Positions 9,079 to 19,081 of a stretch of 64,000 nucleotides of DNA are shown piece after piece. Numbering within the stretch: position 1 is the stretch's first letter; each line of letters starts with the position of its first letter. The position numbers and the translations under genes are program-made. Under the pieces are notes generated by a model. It saw only the letters and a program-made list of their open reading frames with translations. It was not told the DNA's origin and ran no database searches. Where the stretch lies: the NCBI GenBank assembly GCA_028824015.1, contig JAPPFC010000055.1, positions 40,506-104,505 on the forward strand, given 5' to 3'. The DNA comes from a bacterium. GTDB taxonomy: Bacteria; Actinomycetota; Acidimicrobiia; Spongiisociales; ZC4RG35.

Positions 9079-10248
9079 GTGGCGGTAATGGGAGGGTCGA
9101 TCGGCGGTCTTACCGCAGGTTTGCTGCTGCGCGACCTGGGGTGCCAGGTGGACATCTACGAGCGATCCTCCGAAGCGCTGCAGGATCGGGGGGCCGGGAT
9201 CATCCTGCTCCCTCATACCTACCGGTATTTCGATGAGCACAGCCCGCTTCGCACCCAGGAGGTCTCCATCGCGCCGTACTGGTGGACATTCGTCGACCGG
9301 TACGGCCGGGTGTTGTCCAAGACGCCTCTCGGATCCCTGATCAGCTCCTGGAACACCATTTACAGGGGACTCCTGTCGGATTTCGGGGAGGACCGCTACC
9401 ACCTGCGAAAGGAGGTGGTCGGGTTCACCCAGACCAGCCACGAGGTGCGGGTCGAATTCTCGGACGGGGAGGAGGCCCGAGCCGATCTGCTGGTGGCGGC
9501 GGACGGTATCAATTCCCTGGCGAGATCCACCCTGAGTCCGGGCGTGCATCCCGCCTATGCCGGATACGTGGCCTGGAGGGGGACCATTCCCGAGTCGGAA
9601 CTCAGCGAGGCCGCCTTCGATGAACTGGTCAACGCCATGGTGTACTGCCTGATGCCGTCAGGGCATTCTCTCGCCTACGCCATTCCCAGCCAGACCGGAA
9701 GCCTGGTGGTGGGCGAGCGGTTGATGAACCTGGTCTGGTACTACAACTGCCCGGCCGGCCCACGACTCGACGACCTGCTGACCGATCGGGAGGGCGTGAG
9801 ACGGGCCGCATCGGTGCCGCCCGGCTTCGTCCGGGCAGACCTCCTGTCCCGCATCCGGCGCGAGGCGGCCGAGACCATGGCGCCGGTGGTGAGAGAGGTT
9901 GTGGACGGCGCCGAGGACCTGTTCATCCAGGTGATCTTCGACGTGGCCTCAGACCGGATGGCCGAAGGGAGGGTGTGCGTGATAGGCGACGCGGCGTTCT
10001 CGGTGCGTCCCCATGCCGCGGCTGGAACAGCCAAGGCCTGCGACGATGCGTTTGCCCTGCGAGACGCCCTCGCGGAGGCCAGCGGGGATGTGAGAGAGGC
10101 GCTCCGGCTTTGGGAGCCCGGGCGCCTGCGGGTGGGACACGACCTGATCGCCCGGTCCCGCTGGATCGGGGAGGCATACCAGACCCGGTTCGACGCCGTC
10201 CCCGGAGATCCCCGCCTCAGCTACGGGTTGTACGGTCCGGGCAACTAG
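9079..10248 (+). CDS. FAD-dependent monooxygenase (aromatic-ring hydroxylase family)
   Basis: A GxGxxG dinucleotide fold (VAVMGGSIGGLTAGLLL) sits near the N-terminus, with a DG motif (AADGINS) and a C-terminal GDAA motif (VIGDAAF). The true start is probably GTG 9079, TTG 9055 or ATG 9088. The track's extension to 8965 overlaps the previous gene. Confidence 0.7.
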   Translation: MAVMGGSIGGLTAGLLLRDLGCQVDIYERSSEALQDRGAGIILLPHTYRYFDEHSPLRTQEVSIAPYWWTFVDRYGRVLSKTPLGSLISSWNTIYRGLLSDFGEDRYHLRKEVVGFTQTSHEVRVEFSDGEEARADLLVAADGINSLARSTLSPGVHPAYAGYVAWRGTIPESELSEAAFDELVNAMVYCLMPSGHSLAYAIPSQTGSLVVGERLMNLVWYYNCPAGPRLDDLLTDREGVRRAASVPPGFVRADLLSRIRREAAETMAPVVREVVDGAEDLFIQVIFDVASDRMAEGRVCVIGDAAFSVRPHAAAGTAKACDDAFALRDALAEASGDVREALRLWEPGRLRVGHDLIARSRWIGEAYQTRFDAVPGDPRLSYGLYGPGN

Positions 10249-10274
10249 GGCTCCCGGCCGGACGGCGCGTCCAA

Positions 10275-11453
10275 CTACCCGGCGGATGCCCCCTTCGCCT
10301 CTCCCCCCGCCGGGGCCGGGATCAGCCAGCGGAAGAGGGTGGGAGCCACTGTGGTGGTGACTATCGCCAGAAGGATGATGCTTCCCTCCTGGGATGTGGA
10401 GATGAAACCCAGGTGCCTTCCGATCTCCGCCACCACGATGATCAGGGAGAGGCGGGAAGACAACAAAGCGGCCGCGGCGGCGATCGACCGAAGGCCGTGC
10501 CCGCGTAACACCAGCACCAGCGCCGAGGCTGTCTTGACGGCGAAGGCGGCGATCACCAGTTTGCCGGTGAACACCAGCGCATCCACATCGGTGACCGCCG
10601 CCAGATCGAAGCGGATCCCGACGTCGATGAAGAAAATGGGAATCAAAAACCCGTAGGAAAACCCCGAGAGCTTGCGATCCAGCGCGCCCCGCTCGCGAAA
10701 CACCAAGGCTATGATCCCCCCGGCCAGGAAGGCTGCCAGCACCGACTCTATGCCCAGTAGGCTGGCCACACCCACAAATACGAACAACAACGCCAGCGTG
10801 GCGCGGATACCCATCTCCTCGGTGTCATCGGCGGCGAAGAGCGCTCCGAAGCGATCCGGGTGCCACCAGGCTGCTCTCCTGATCCCCAGCAGCACTGCCG
10901 CCACGATCACGAAGAACCCGGGTATCCCCAGAAGACGCCACCCCGCGTCTCCCCCCGCCAGAACCGCGATGACCGTGACGCCCAGCAAGGTAAGGAAATC
11001 TGCCAGCAGGGCGCCCAACAGGATGTCCTGGCCGATCGGACGGGAAGCCACACCGGCGGAGCGGAGGCTCGGCACCACCAGTCCCACCGACGTTGTGGCC
11101 AGAACCATCACCATGAAGGGATCGGTCTCCAAGACCTGGCTGGCCACCCAGGAAGCCGAGAGAGTGGCGGCGAATCCGAGCAGGCCCACCACGATGGGCC
11201 CCGATCCCTGGCGCTGGAAAAACCCCACGTTGATCTCGAAACCGGTAAGCAGCATGAGCATCAAAAAGCCCAGCCGGGCCAGTGACTCGAGAAGAGAAGA
11301 GGACGAAGCGATGTGCAACACCGGGCCTACCAGCACTCCGAACAGGATCTCCAATACCACCGGAGGAACGCGGATACGCCGCGCCGCCAAAGGAAGACCC
11401 AGAGCCGCCATGCCCACCAGGATCAGGGTGACGGCGTCGGATGCCTCCGCCAT
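10275..11453 (-). CDS. Monovalent cation:proton antiporter, CPA2 (Kef/NhaP-like) family
   Basis: 392-aa polytopic membrane protein with 11-12 hydrophobic helices and CPA2-like sequence. It sits immediately downstream of the TrkA-N regulator gene. Confidence 0.7.
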   Translation of the reverse strand: MAEASDAVTLILVGMAALGLPLAARRIRVPPVVLEILFGVLVGPVLHIASSSSLLESLARLGFLMLMLLTGFEINVGFFQRQGSGPIVVGLLGFAATLSASWVASQVLETDPFMVMVLATTSVGLVVPSLRSAGVASRPIGQDILLGALLADFLTLLGVTVIAVLAGGDAGWRLLGIPGFFVIVAAVLLGIRRAAWWHPDRFGALFAADDTEEMGIRATLALLFVFVGVASLLGIESVLAAFLAGGIIALVFRERGALDRKLSGFSYGFLIPIFFIDVGIRFDLAAVTDVDALVFTGKLVIAAFAVKTASALVLVLRGHGLRSIAAAAALLSSRLSLIIVVAEIGRHLGFISTSQEGSIILLAIVTTTVAPTLFRWLIPAPAGGEAKGASAG

Positions 11454-11455
11454 CT

Positions 11456-12892
11456 TCAGCGACGGGAGGGGACCAGGATCACCGAGGAGTCCACGGTGGC
11501 GGCCATCAGGCCCACGATGCCCGGACGAAGATAGGAATATGGGTGACCGCCGATGCCCATCACGACCAGCGAAGACGTCGATAGCTCATCGACCACCCGG
11601 ACCGGGTTTCCCCTGAGGATGCGCCGACGGATGGTGACGCCGTGTACGGAGGCCTCCTCCCTGACCCGGCTGATCTGGCTCCGGACGTCATGGAGAGTCT
11701 TCTCTCCCGGCAGGAACTGGGGAGGGAGCACGCCGACTGTCTGGAGCACCGTGCCGGAGTGGGCAGCCATATCGATAGCCTCCCTGGTCCCCTGCCATTC
11801 CTCGTCCTCTTCGCCGGTCATCACCACCAACGGGCCCGAGTAGGGGAAACGCCCCGAGGCGATCAGCAGAGGGATTCTCCTCTTGCGGCTCATCTCGATC
11901 AGTCCAATCACCTTCCGTCGACCGGGAGGACGGGGAAACACCACCACTCCCACCGACTCGGTGGAGGCGGCTTCGAACGGCGCCTCAATACCCGGAGCGG
12001 CGGCGGGCATGAATGAGATGTCTATGTTCTCGTGACGCATCCGCCATCGGTCCATCCGGCGCCGCAGTTCTTCGGCGTCTTCCGGCTCCATCCGCTCCAG
12101 GGGAGGATGGAGAGCCAGTATGGAGTCGGCGGCGGTGAACTTCACGAAGTGGGCCGCCTCGGCTAGCACCTCGTCGTCCGTCGGCCCGGCGGTGAGGGAC
12201 ACCGCCACCGAGAGGCCGTAGTCGAGAGGAAAGTTGGCGTGACCGGTGGTGAACGTCTCCACCATGTCCGCATAGTCCTCGGTGGCGCCGACCACCGTGA
12301 CCAGGTCCCCCTCCTCCAGGACCGTGTTGCCGTGCGGGATGATCAGGCGTTGGTCTCGGAGCACGGTCGCCACCAACCATGAACGCAGCCCCAGCGACCG
12401 GACGGATACCCCACGGAGAGGCGAGTCACCGGAGATGCGGAATTCCATGGCCTCGGCCAGGCCGTTGGCGAAGGCCGCCGACTGGGTGCGTCGCCCGTCC
12501 AGGTTGATCTCGACATGCCGGGCGGTCAGGTTGTCGGCCGACACCACCGTCACCCCCAGTTCCCGGTAGGAGGGGAGTTGCTCGTAGCGGCTGGCCACCG
12601 AGATGATCCGGGGCACCCCCAGTTCCCGGGCGTAGCGACACGCCTCCATGTTGATGTCGTCGTCCCGGCTGGCGGCGATCAGCGCCTCGGCCCCCTCCAA
12701 CCCGGCCCTGCGCAACACCAGCCGACTCGATCCGTCTCCCTGGACGGTGTCCACCTGGCGAATTTGCCGGGCCATCTCCAGGGAGTCCTCTGCGGGGTCG
12801 ATAAGGGTGATCTCCCATCTGTCGCCCAGCCGGCCGATGACGTTTCGTGAAACGTTCCCCGCCGACACGATCACCAACCTCACGGTGGCCAC
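11456..12892 (-). CDS. TrkA-N (RCK, NAD-binding) + TrkA-C + tandem universal-stress-protein (Usp) domain regulatory protein
   Basis: N-terminal Rossmann motif (RLVIVSAGNVSRNVIGRL). Two Usp-like halves lie in the C-terminal 250 aa (LIASGRFPY..., SSLVVMGIGG). It is adjacent to the CPA2 antiporter. Confidence 0.65.
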   Translation of the reverse strand: MATVRLVIVSAGNVSRNVIGRLGDRWEITLIDPAEDSLEMARQIRQVDTVQGDGSSRLVLRRAGLEGAEALIAASRDDDINMEACRYARELGVPRIISVASRYEQLPSYRELGVTVVSADNLTARHVEINLDGRRTQSAAFANGLAEAMEFRISGDSPLRGVSVRSLGLRSWLVATVLRDQRLIIPHGNTVLEEGDLVTVVGATEDYADMVETFTTGHANFPLDYGLSVAVSLTAGPTDDEVLAEAAHFVKFTAADSILALHPPLERMEPEDAEELRRRMDRWRMRHENIDISFMPAAAPGIEAPFEAASTESVGVVVFPRPPGRRKVIGLIEMSRKRRIPLLIASGRFPYSGPLVVMTGEEDEEWQGTREAIDMAAHSGTVLQTVGVLPPQFLPGEKTLHDVRSQISRVREEASVHGVTIRRRILRGNPVRVVDELSTSSLVVMGIGGHPYSYLRPGIVGLMAATVDSSVILVPSRR

Positions 12893-12987
12893 TCCCCGTT
12901 CTGGACCAGCCCGGATACGGGTTCCATCCGGTCAAGGGTACCCGCGTGCGGGCGGTACCCCTGCGCCGACCGGTCCGTCCGGGTCGG

Positions 12988-13914
12988 CTACCTCCCGAGC
13001 GCGGCAGCCATCGCGGCGCCCATCTCGGACGGGGTGGCGGCTATCTCGATTCCGGCCCGGCGGAAGGCCTCTATTTTGCTCTGGGCCGTCCCCTGACCGC
13101 CTGAGATGATCGCCCCGGCATGCCCCATGCGCTTTCCGGGGGGCGCCGTCAACCCGGCGATGAACCCCGCCACCGGCTTGGTCATGTGAGAGCGAACGTA
13201 ATCGGCGGCCTCCTCTTCGGCCGGCCCGCCTATCTCCCCGATCATCAGCACACCTTCGGTGGCAGGGTCGGCTTGGAACAGTTCCAGGGCATCGACGAAG
13301 CTGGTCCCGTTCACCGGATCTCCTCCGATGCCCAGAGCGGTCGTCTGACCAAGGCCCAGGTTGGTGAGTTGATAGACCGCCTCGTAGGTCAGGGTGCCCG
13401 AGCGGCTGATCACTCCCACCCTCCCCCGGGCGTGTATGTAGCCGGGCATTATCCCGATCTTGCACTCCCCGGGAGTGATCACGCCCGGGCAGTTGGGCCC
13501 GATCAGGCGGCTGGAGCGCGAATCGAGATAGCGTTTGGCCTCCACCATGTCGTTGACCGGGATGCCTTCGGTGATGCAAACGATCAACTCCACCCCGGCC
13601 TCGGCCGCCTCCATGATGGAATCGGCCGCCGCGGGGGGAGGGACGAAAATCAGGCTGGCGTTGGCGCCGGTGGCGTCCACCGCCTCCGCCACGCCCGAGA
13701 AGATCGGCAGGTCTACGGAGAATGAGTCTTCCCTTCCTGGAACTCCCGAGTGATCGGTCTCTCCCGAGAACCGCTCGGTCTCGCCTGCCCGGCGGGGATG
13801 GACCCCAGCAACCACCTCCGTGCCGTAGGCGATGATCTGGTGGCCGTGGAAGCGACCGGCCCGGCCCAGGCCCTGGATCAATAGCCGGGTGTCCCTTCCG
13901 CAGAGGATGCTCAT
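12988..13914 (-). CDS. sucD: Succinyl-CoA synthetase alpha subunit
   Basis: [23 protein letters not shown] start, with a CoA-binding domain and the phosphohistidine loop. The ATG overlaps the sucC stop (ATGA). The track's 434-aa ORF is an upstream in-frame extension. Confidence 0.9.
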   Translation of the reverse strand: MSILCGRDTRLLIQGLGRAGRFHGHQIIAYGTEVVAGVHPRRAGETERFSGETDHSGVPGREDSFSVDLPIFSGVAEAVDATGANASLIFVPPPAAADSIMEAAEAGVELIVCITEGIPVNDMVEAKRYLDSRSSRLIGPNCPGVITPGECKIGIMPGYIHARGRVGVISRSGTLTYEAVYQLTNLGLGQTTALGIGGDPVNGTSFVDALELFQADPATEGVLMIGEIGGPAEEEAADYVRSHMTKPVAGFIAGLTAPPGKRMGHAGAIISGGQGTAQSKIEAFRRAGIEIAATPSEMGAAMAAALGR

Positions 13915-15131
13915 CTGCACAGCTCCACGATGCGGCGGGCGCCTTCCGCCATGTTCGTGGCCGAGATCACTCCCAGCCCCGATTCGGCGATGATCCTGCG
14001 CCCCAACTCCACGTTGGTGCCCTCCAAGCGCACCACCAGCGGTACCGAAAGACCCACCTGCTCGGTGGCGGCCAGCACGCCCTTGGCTATCACGTCGCAA
14101 TGGACGATCCCCCCGAATATGTTGACGAAGATCCCTCTCACATTGGGATCGGCGGTGATGATTCGAAAGCCGGTCGCCACCCGCTCCTCGTCGGTATCCC
14201 CTCCCACGTCCAGGAAATTGGCGGGACTCCCCCCGTAGTGCTCCACGGTGTCCATGGTCGCCATGGCCAGACCGGCTCCGTTCACCATGCACCCTATCCG
14301 GCCATCCAGCTTCACATAGTTGAGCCCGGCTTTGCGGGCCACGGTCTCGGCCGGCTCCTCTTCGCTCTCATCCCTCAACCCGGCGATCTCGGGGTGGCGG
14401 TAGAGGGCGTTGTCCTCGAAGGACAGCTTGGCGTCCAAAGCCAGCGCCTCCCCGGAAGCGTTGATCACCAGGGGGTTGATCTCCAGCAGTTCGGTGTCGA
14501 GTTCTCCGGCGGCCGCTACCAGCCTTCGGGCCAGATCCACATAGGAGGAGGCGGCTTTGCCGGTCAGGCCCAGACGCCCTGCCAGGCGCCGCAGTTGGAA
14601 GGGCCGGATCCCGACCGCGGGATCGATGACCTCGGTGTGGAGCTTCTCGGGTGACTCGGCCGCCACCTGTTCGATCTCGACCCCTCCCTCGGTGGAGGCC
14701 AGGAGAACCGGCCGGGCGATTCTCCGGTCCAACTGGATAGCCAGATAGAGCTCCTGTGCGATGTCCACGGCCGCCTCCAGCAGAACACGGTTCACCACCT
14801 TCCCCGAGGGTCCGGTCTGAACGGTCACCAGGGTGGATCCCAGCATCTTCTCGGCCAGTTCGGTCATCCGCTCTCCCATGAGACTCGTCTGTCCGGAAGC
14901 GACGACGTTCACGCCGGCCAGCCCGGCGTCGGGGTGCTCGCGAAAGCTGCCCTTGCCCCGGCCTCCGGCATGGATCTGAGCCTTGATGATCACCATGTGA
15001 CCGCCGGTCTTCTCCATTATCGATGCGGCCGCCGCCCCGGCTTCCGCGGGGGTGAAGGCCACGGCGCCGAGGGGAACGGTCACACCGTACGAGGAGAGCA
15101 ACTCCTTGGCCTGGTGCTCATGAATGTTCAC
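13911..15131 (-). CDS. sucC: Succinyl-CoA synthetase beta subunit
   Basis: [17 protein letters not shown]..., with an ATP-grasp domain and a ligase-CoA domain across its 406 aa. Confidence 0.9.
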   Translation of the reverse strand: MNIHEHQAKELLSSYGVTVPLGAVAFTPAEAGAAAASIMEKTGGHMVIIKAQIHAGGRGKGSFREHPDAGLAGVNVVASGQTSLMGERMTELAEKMLGSTLVTVQTGPSGKVVNRVLLEAAVDIAQELYLAIQLDRRIARPVLLASTEGGVEIEQVAAESPEKLHTEVIDPAVGIRPFQLRRLAGRLGLTGKAASSYVDLARRLVAAAGELDTELLEINPLVINASGEALALDAKLSFEDNALYRHPEIAGLRDESEEEPAETVARKAGLNYVKLDGRIGCMVNGAGLAMATMDTVEHYGGSPANFLDVGGDTDEERVATGFRIITADPNVRGIFVNIFGGIVHCDVIAKGVLAATEQVGLSVPLVVRLEGTNVELGRRIIAESGLGVISATNMAEGARRIVELCR

Positions 15132-15188
15132 AGCCCACTTATGGTAACCCTCGCCCGGGCCCCTCCTACCTCGACCGACCGCGGCCGG

Positions 15189-15572
15189 CTACAGGTCGGA
15201 GCCGACCCACTCCACTATCTCTTCCAGGGAGGAGCCGGGAGTGAAGACCCGGGAAACCCCTATCGTCCGGAGGCGTTCCACATCCTCCGCGGGGATGACC
15301 CCTCCGCCGAAAACCGCTATGTGTCCCGCTCCGGCCGAAGACAGGAGTTCCAGGATGGGAGGGAAAATGGACATGTACGCTCCCGACATCACCGATAGGC
15401 CGATGGCGTCCACGTCCTCCTGGATGGCTGCGGCGACCACCTGCTCGGGTGTCTGGTGGAGCCCGGTGTAAATCACCTCGTGCCCCCCGTCTCGCAGGGC
15501 TCGGGCCACGACTTTGGCGCCCCGATCATGGCCGTCCAATCCCGCCTTGGCGATCAAAACCCGTTTTCTCAT
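15189..15572 (-). CDS. Stand-alone cobalamin (B12)-binding domain protein (methylmalonyl-CoA-mutase small-subunit-like)
   Basis: [34 protein letters not shown] carries the DxHxxG B12-binding motif. About 127 aa from MRKRV. No mutase large subunit is adjacent. Confidence 0.7.
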   Translation of the reverse strand: MRKRVLIAKAGLDGHDRGAKVVARALRDGGHEVIYTGLHQTPEQVVAAAIQEDVDAIGLSVMSGAYMSIFPPILELLSSAGAGHIAVFGGGVIPAEDVERLRTIGVSRVFTPGSSLEEIVEWVGSDL

Positions 15573-15609
15573 CTTCCCAAGGGTAGAAACCGCCATTACC
15601 ATCCATCTC

Positions 15610-16722
15610 ATGGCAGTTTCTCCCCTTCAGGCTCTGGCATTGGCCGGACAGAGCATCTGGGCCGACCAGATCTCCAGGTCCATGCTGGACAGCGGGGAAC
15701 TGGCCCGCCGGGTCAGCCGGCAGCACATAACCGGGGTCACCTCCAATCCCTCCATCTTCGCGGCGGCGATCACGAAGAGCACCGACTACGACGCCGAGAT
15801 GGCGCGCCTGATTCGGGAAGGCTTGGATCCCGACGAGACCTACGCGGAACTCATCACCCGCGACATCGTGGATGGCTGCGACGTCCTCAAAACCGTGCAC
15901 AGAGAGAGCGGCGGTACGGATGGCTTTGTTTCGGTGGAGGTGTCACCCGAACTGGCGGCGGACACTCCCGCCACCATCGCCGAAGCCCGGGAGTGGGTGA
16001 AGCGGGTGAGCCGTCCCAACCTGCTGGTGAAGGTGCCCGCGACACCCGAGGGGATCCCGGCCATTCGCCGGTTGACCGGAGAGGGGATCTCGGTGAACGT
16101 AACCCTGATCTTCTCGCTCCAGCGATACCGGGAGGTGATGGACGCATACCTCAGTGGCTTGGAGGACTATTCCGCGGTGGGAGGAAACCTGCGGGAGGTG
16201 GCGTCGGTGGCGTCGTTCTTCGTGTCGAGGGTCGACACCGAGGTGGACGGCCGATTGGAGGAGGCCGGCGGCGCCGAAGCGCTGGCTCTTCGGGGAAGGG
16301 CCGCGATTGCCAACGCCCAAGCCGCCTACGGGGACTTTCTCTCGGCTTTCTCCGGCAGCCGGTGGGACCGCCTGGCAGCACAGGGAGCACGCATACAACG
16401 GCCGCTGTGGGCTTCCACATCCACCAAGAACCCGGCTTATCCGGACACCTTGTACGTTGATACCCTGGTCTCACCCCACACGGTCAACACCTTGCCGTTG
16501 TCCACCATCGAGGCCTATGCGGATCATGGCTCTCCTCGCCCCTCCATCTTCGGGCCCGAAGAGATCGCCCTTGCCCGGAACCTCCTGGAAAAACTGGAGA
16601 GCGTCGGAATCGACTACCAGGACGTGGTGGAGACCCTGGAGGCCGAGGGCGTCCAGAAGTTCGCCGAATCGTTCAGAGAACTGCAGAGCCACATCGAGGC
16701 AAAATACGCCGAGCTCTCCTGA
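15610..16722 (+). CDS. tal: Transaldolase (actinobacterial long form)
   Basis: [23 protein letters not shown]..., with [11 protein letters not shown] and the Schiff-base lysine region (LLVKVPAT). About 370 aa. The track ORF starts 32 codons upstream. Confidence 0.85.
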   Translation: MAVSPLQALALAGQSIWADQISRSMLDSGELARRVSRQHITGVTSNPSIFAAAITKSTDYDAEMARLIREGLDPDETYAELITRDIVDGCDVLKTVHRESGGTDGFVSVEVSPELAADTPATIAEAREWVKRVSRPNLLVKVPATPEGIPAIRRLTGEGISVNVTLIFSLQRYREVMDAYLSGLEDYSAVGGNLREVASVASFFVSRVDTEVDGRLEEAGGAEALALRGRAAIANAQAAYGDFLSAFSGSRWDRLAAQGARIQRPLWASTSTKNPAYPDTLYVDTLVSPHTVNTLPLSTIEAYADHGSPRPSIFGPEEIALARNLLEKLESVGIDYQDVVETLEAEGVQKFAESFRELQSHIEAKYAELS

Positions 16723-16772
16723 CGCGGCAACCGTCGGCACGGAGTGCACACCCGGGTGATCTTCACCCCGTC

Positions 16773-18830
16773 TTACTCGGAGACCTCCACGGCCAGGGTG
16801 TAGGAACCCTCCCCGTAACCCGACACCTCAACATAGAAGTCCCCTGTCAACGGCGCCCGCCACTCGACACGAGACGCCAGGGAACCCTCATAGTCGTCAT
16901 CCCAGGCCCACTCGAATCCATCGGAGTCATAGACCGCGAGTACCGAGTCGGAGAGGGTGCCCAATGTCACGGCTATCTCATACAAGGTGCCCTCCAAGGC
17001 TCCGAACACGAAAACGTCCACATCATCGGGATAGTCCAGCACCCCCGCCGCCGACCTCCCCACTTCCACCGCGGTGGCGCCCTCCGACAGGTTCGAGTGG
17101 TCGTCCGTGATGTCGGACTCCCGGACCGTCAGGGTGTAGGAACCCTCCCCATAGCCCGACACCTCGACATAGAGGTCCCCGCTGACCGGTGCCCTAAACA
17201 CCAGGCGAGACGCAAACGAACCCTCTCCGCGGTCATCATTAGAACCCAACCACACCCCATCGGCGTCATAAACGGCCACCGCCGAGTCGGAGAGAGAACC
17301 CAACTCCACATCCACCTCATACAACACATCCTCAGCAGCCCCGAACACGAAGACGTCCACATCATCGGCGTACTCCAACACCCCTTCCACAGACTCCCCC
17401 AACGCCGCCTCGGTTGCGCCATCCACCCCATCGGCATAGTCATCGACGATGTCGGAGACCACTACCGCCAACATGTACGAACCCTCCCCATAACCCGACA
17501 CCTCCACAAAGAAGTCCCCGGACTGCGGCGCCCTCCACGCCAATCCAGACCCCAAATCCTCATCGCCCCGGTCATCGTTCCACGCCACCTCCCAACCGTG
17601 GGAATCCACCACCGCCACCACCGAATCCGAGAGCGTCCCCAGGTCCACATCCACCTCGTACACCTCCCCCTCCACCGCCTCGAACACGAAATAGTCCACA
17701 TCCCCCTCGTAATCCAACACGCCCTCCACAGATTCGCCCAACACCATCTCGGAGGCCCCATCCACCCCATCCCCATGGTCATCCTCCACATCGAGCGCAA
17801 CAACCCTCAGCGTGTAGGAGCCCGTCGAACCGAAGCCTCCACCGAAACCCGACACCTCAACGTAGAAATCCCCGGTCATCGACGCCCTCCATACCAGCCG
17901 CGACCCGTAGGAATCGTCCCCCCGGTCATCGTTGTAGTCGAGCTGAAACCCGTCGGCGTCGGCAATCGCCACCACCGAATCGCCAAGAGTCCCCAGGTCG
18001 ACCTCCACCTCGTACACCTCGCCCTCCACCGCCTCGAACACGAAGTAGTCCACGTCTCCCTCGTTCTCCAAGACCCCCTCAGCAGCCTCTCCCACCACCA
18101 ACCGAACCGCGCTCGCCGCGCCATCTGCAAAGTCGTCCGGCCCTCCGACGCCGGCATCGAACAGTTCGGGTAGGCACCTCAGCAAACCAGCCATCATCTC
18201 AAAGAGTTGAGCCGCGTCTTCCGCCTGGGCGGCTTCGTCGGAAGCACCGGAATCCGAAGTCAATACGGCGATGAGGGCGGTCACGTCCATCTCGTCAACG
18301 ACCTCCCGCAAACAGTCTTCCTGCTCTTCGCCCACCTGGATTCCGTCGTCCTCCATTCCGAACGCCATGCCGGCCAGAAACACGGCTCTGACTACCTGGG
18401 GAGGGAGGCATGGGAGTAACGCCAATTGTGGCTGGCTCAATTGATCCTCATCCAGGATCCCCTGCCGCAAGACCCTGTCCAGCTCCGTTCCAGCCGCGTC
18501 GCTGACGCAAGCCTGCTCGGCGGGAGTCAGAGCGTCGAACACATCTCTCCAAACCGTGTCGCGGTCGATGTCCAAACCCTCAATGCCAATCGGAGCCTCA
18601 GGCACAGTGGTCGGTGGGCTGGTGGTGGTCGGTGGCTGTGGCGTGGTGGTGGTCGGCGAGGCCGTGGTGATCGGCGGCTGGGTTGCGGTGGTGGTCGATT
18701 GCAGGGTCGTGGAGGAAGGTTCCGCAGCGGGCTTCTCCTCGTCACCGCAAGCCAGGAGCAACATCGCTGCCGCCAACCACAGCAACGCCACCCTTGGAGG
18801 GCGGTGGCTGAATGACGGACAACTCCACAT
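16773..18830 (-). CDS. Secreted lipoprotein with five tandem pre-peptidase C-terminal (PPC)-like repeat domains
   Basis: Signal peptide plus lipobox (LLLACG), then a Thr/Pro-rich linker and a Cys-containing acidic region. Five ~95-aa repeats follow, each with GDVDYFVFEAVEGEVYEVDVDLGTLSDSVVAV...NDDRG...GDFYVEVSGYGEGSYTL. Confidence 0.7.
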   Translation of the reverse strand: MWSCPSFSHRPPRVALLWLAAAMLLLACGDEEKPAAEPSSTTLQSTTTATQPPITTASPTTTTPQPPTTTSPPTTVPEAPIGIEGLDIDRDTVWRDVFDALTPAEQACVSDAAGTELDRVLRQGILDEDQLSQPQLALLPCLPPQVVRAVFLAGMAFGMEDDGIQVGEEQEDCLREVVDEMDVTALIAVLTSDSGASDEAAQAEDAAQLFEMMAGLLRCLPELFDAGVGGPDDFADGAASAVRLVVGEAAEGVLENEGDVDYFVFEAVEGEVYEVEVDLGTLGDSVVAIADADGFQLDYNDDRGDDSYGSRLVWRASMTGDFYVEVSGFGGGFGSTGSYTLRVVALDVEDDHGDGVDGASEMVLGESVEGVLDYEGDVDYFVFEAVEGEVYEVDVDLGTLSDSVVAVVDSHGWEVAWNDDRGDEDLGSGLAWRAPQSGDFFVEVSGYGEGSYMLAVVVSDIVDDYADGVDGATEAALGESVEGVLEYADDVDVFVFGAAEDVLYEVDVELGSLSDSAVAVYDADGVWLGSNDDRGEGSFASRLVFRAPVSGDLYVEVSGYGEGSYTLTVRESDITDDHSNLSEGATAVEVGRSAAGVLDYPDDVDVFVFGALEGTLYEIAVTLGTLSDSVLAVYDSDGFEWAWDDDYEGSLASRVEWRAPLTGDFYVEVSGYGEGSYTLAVEVSE

Positions 18831-19081
18831 GTCAAACGGATCCGGGGGGTGGTTGGCTGCTTTCCCACTCTAGTTTGCGACGGCTCCCAACCCTGTCACG
18901 GGTGTCCAACGCCGCCCGCGGGCATCACACCCTGGCTACACCTGCTGGAACAGTGAAATCGTTAACAGGTGATTCTCCTCACAATTCCGACATACCCTGT
19001 TTCCACCATGCCGGTGGTGTTCTCAATCGCCAGGACCGGACGGGAGTCCCTCCCTGTTCTGATCGGTTCGAACACGGTCCT

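Noticed and set aside
10672-11616. 314-aa + strand ORF
   Set aside because: Antisense to the CPA2 antiporter. Low-complexity Ser/Thr/Ala-rich.
12988-14292. 434-aa - strand ORF
   Set aside because: It is an extension of sucD through sucC in another frame. The real sucD starts at 13914.
17097-18274. + strand ORFs of 358 and 286 aa inside the PPC-repeat gene
   Set aside because: They are antisense to a clearly coding repeat gene. The translations are His/Pro/Arg-rich nonsense.
16773-18830. Tandem ~285-bp nucleotide repeats considered as a CRISPR or other non-coding array
   Set aside because: The repeats are long, in-frame and encode protein domains. There are no short spacers and no cas genes. 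They are protein repeats, not CRISPR.
19040-19081. GGTTCGAACACGG T-loop-like string near the pcrA 3' end
   Set aside because: It does not fold into a cloverleaf. It is most likely 3' UTR.
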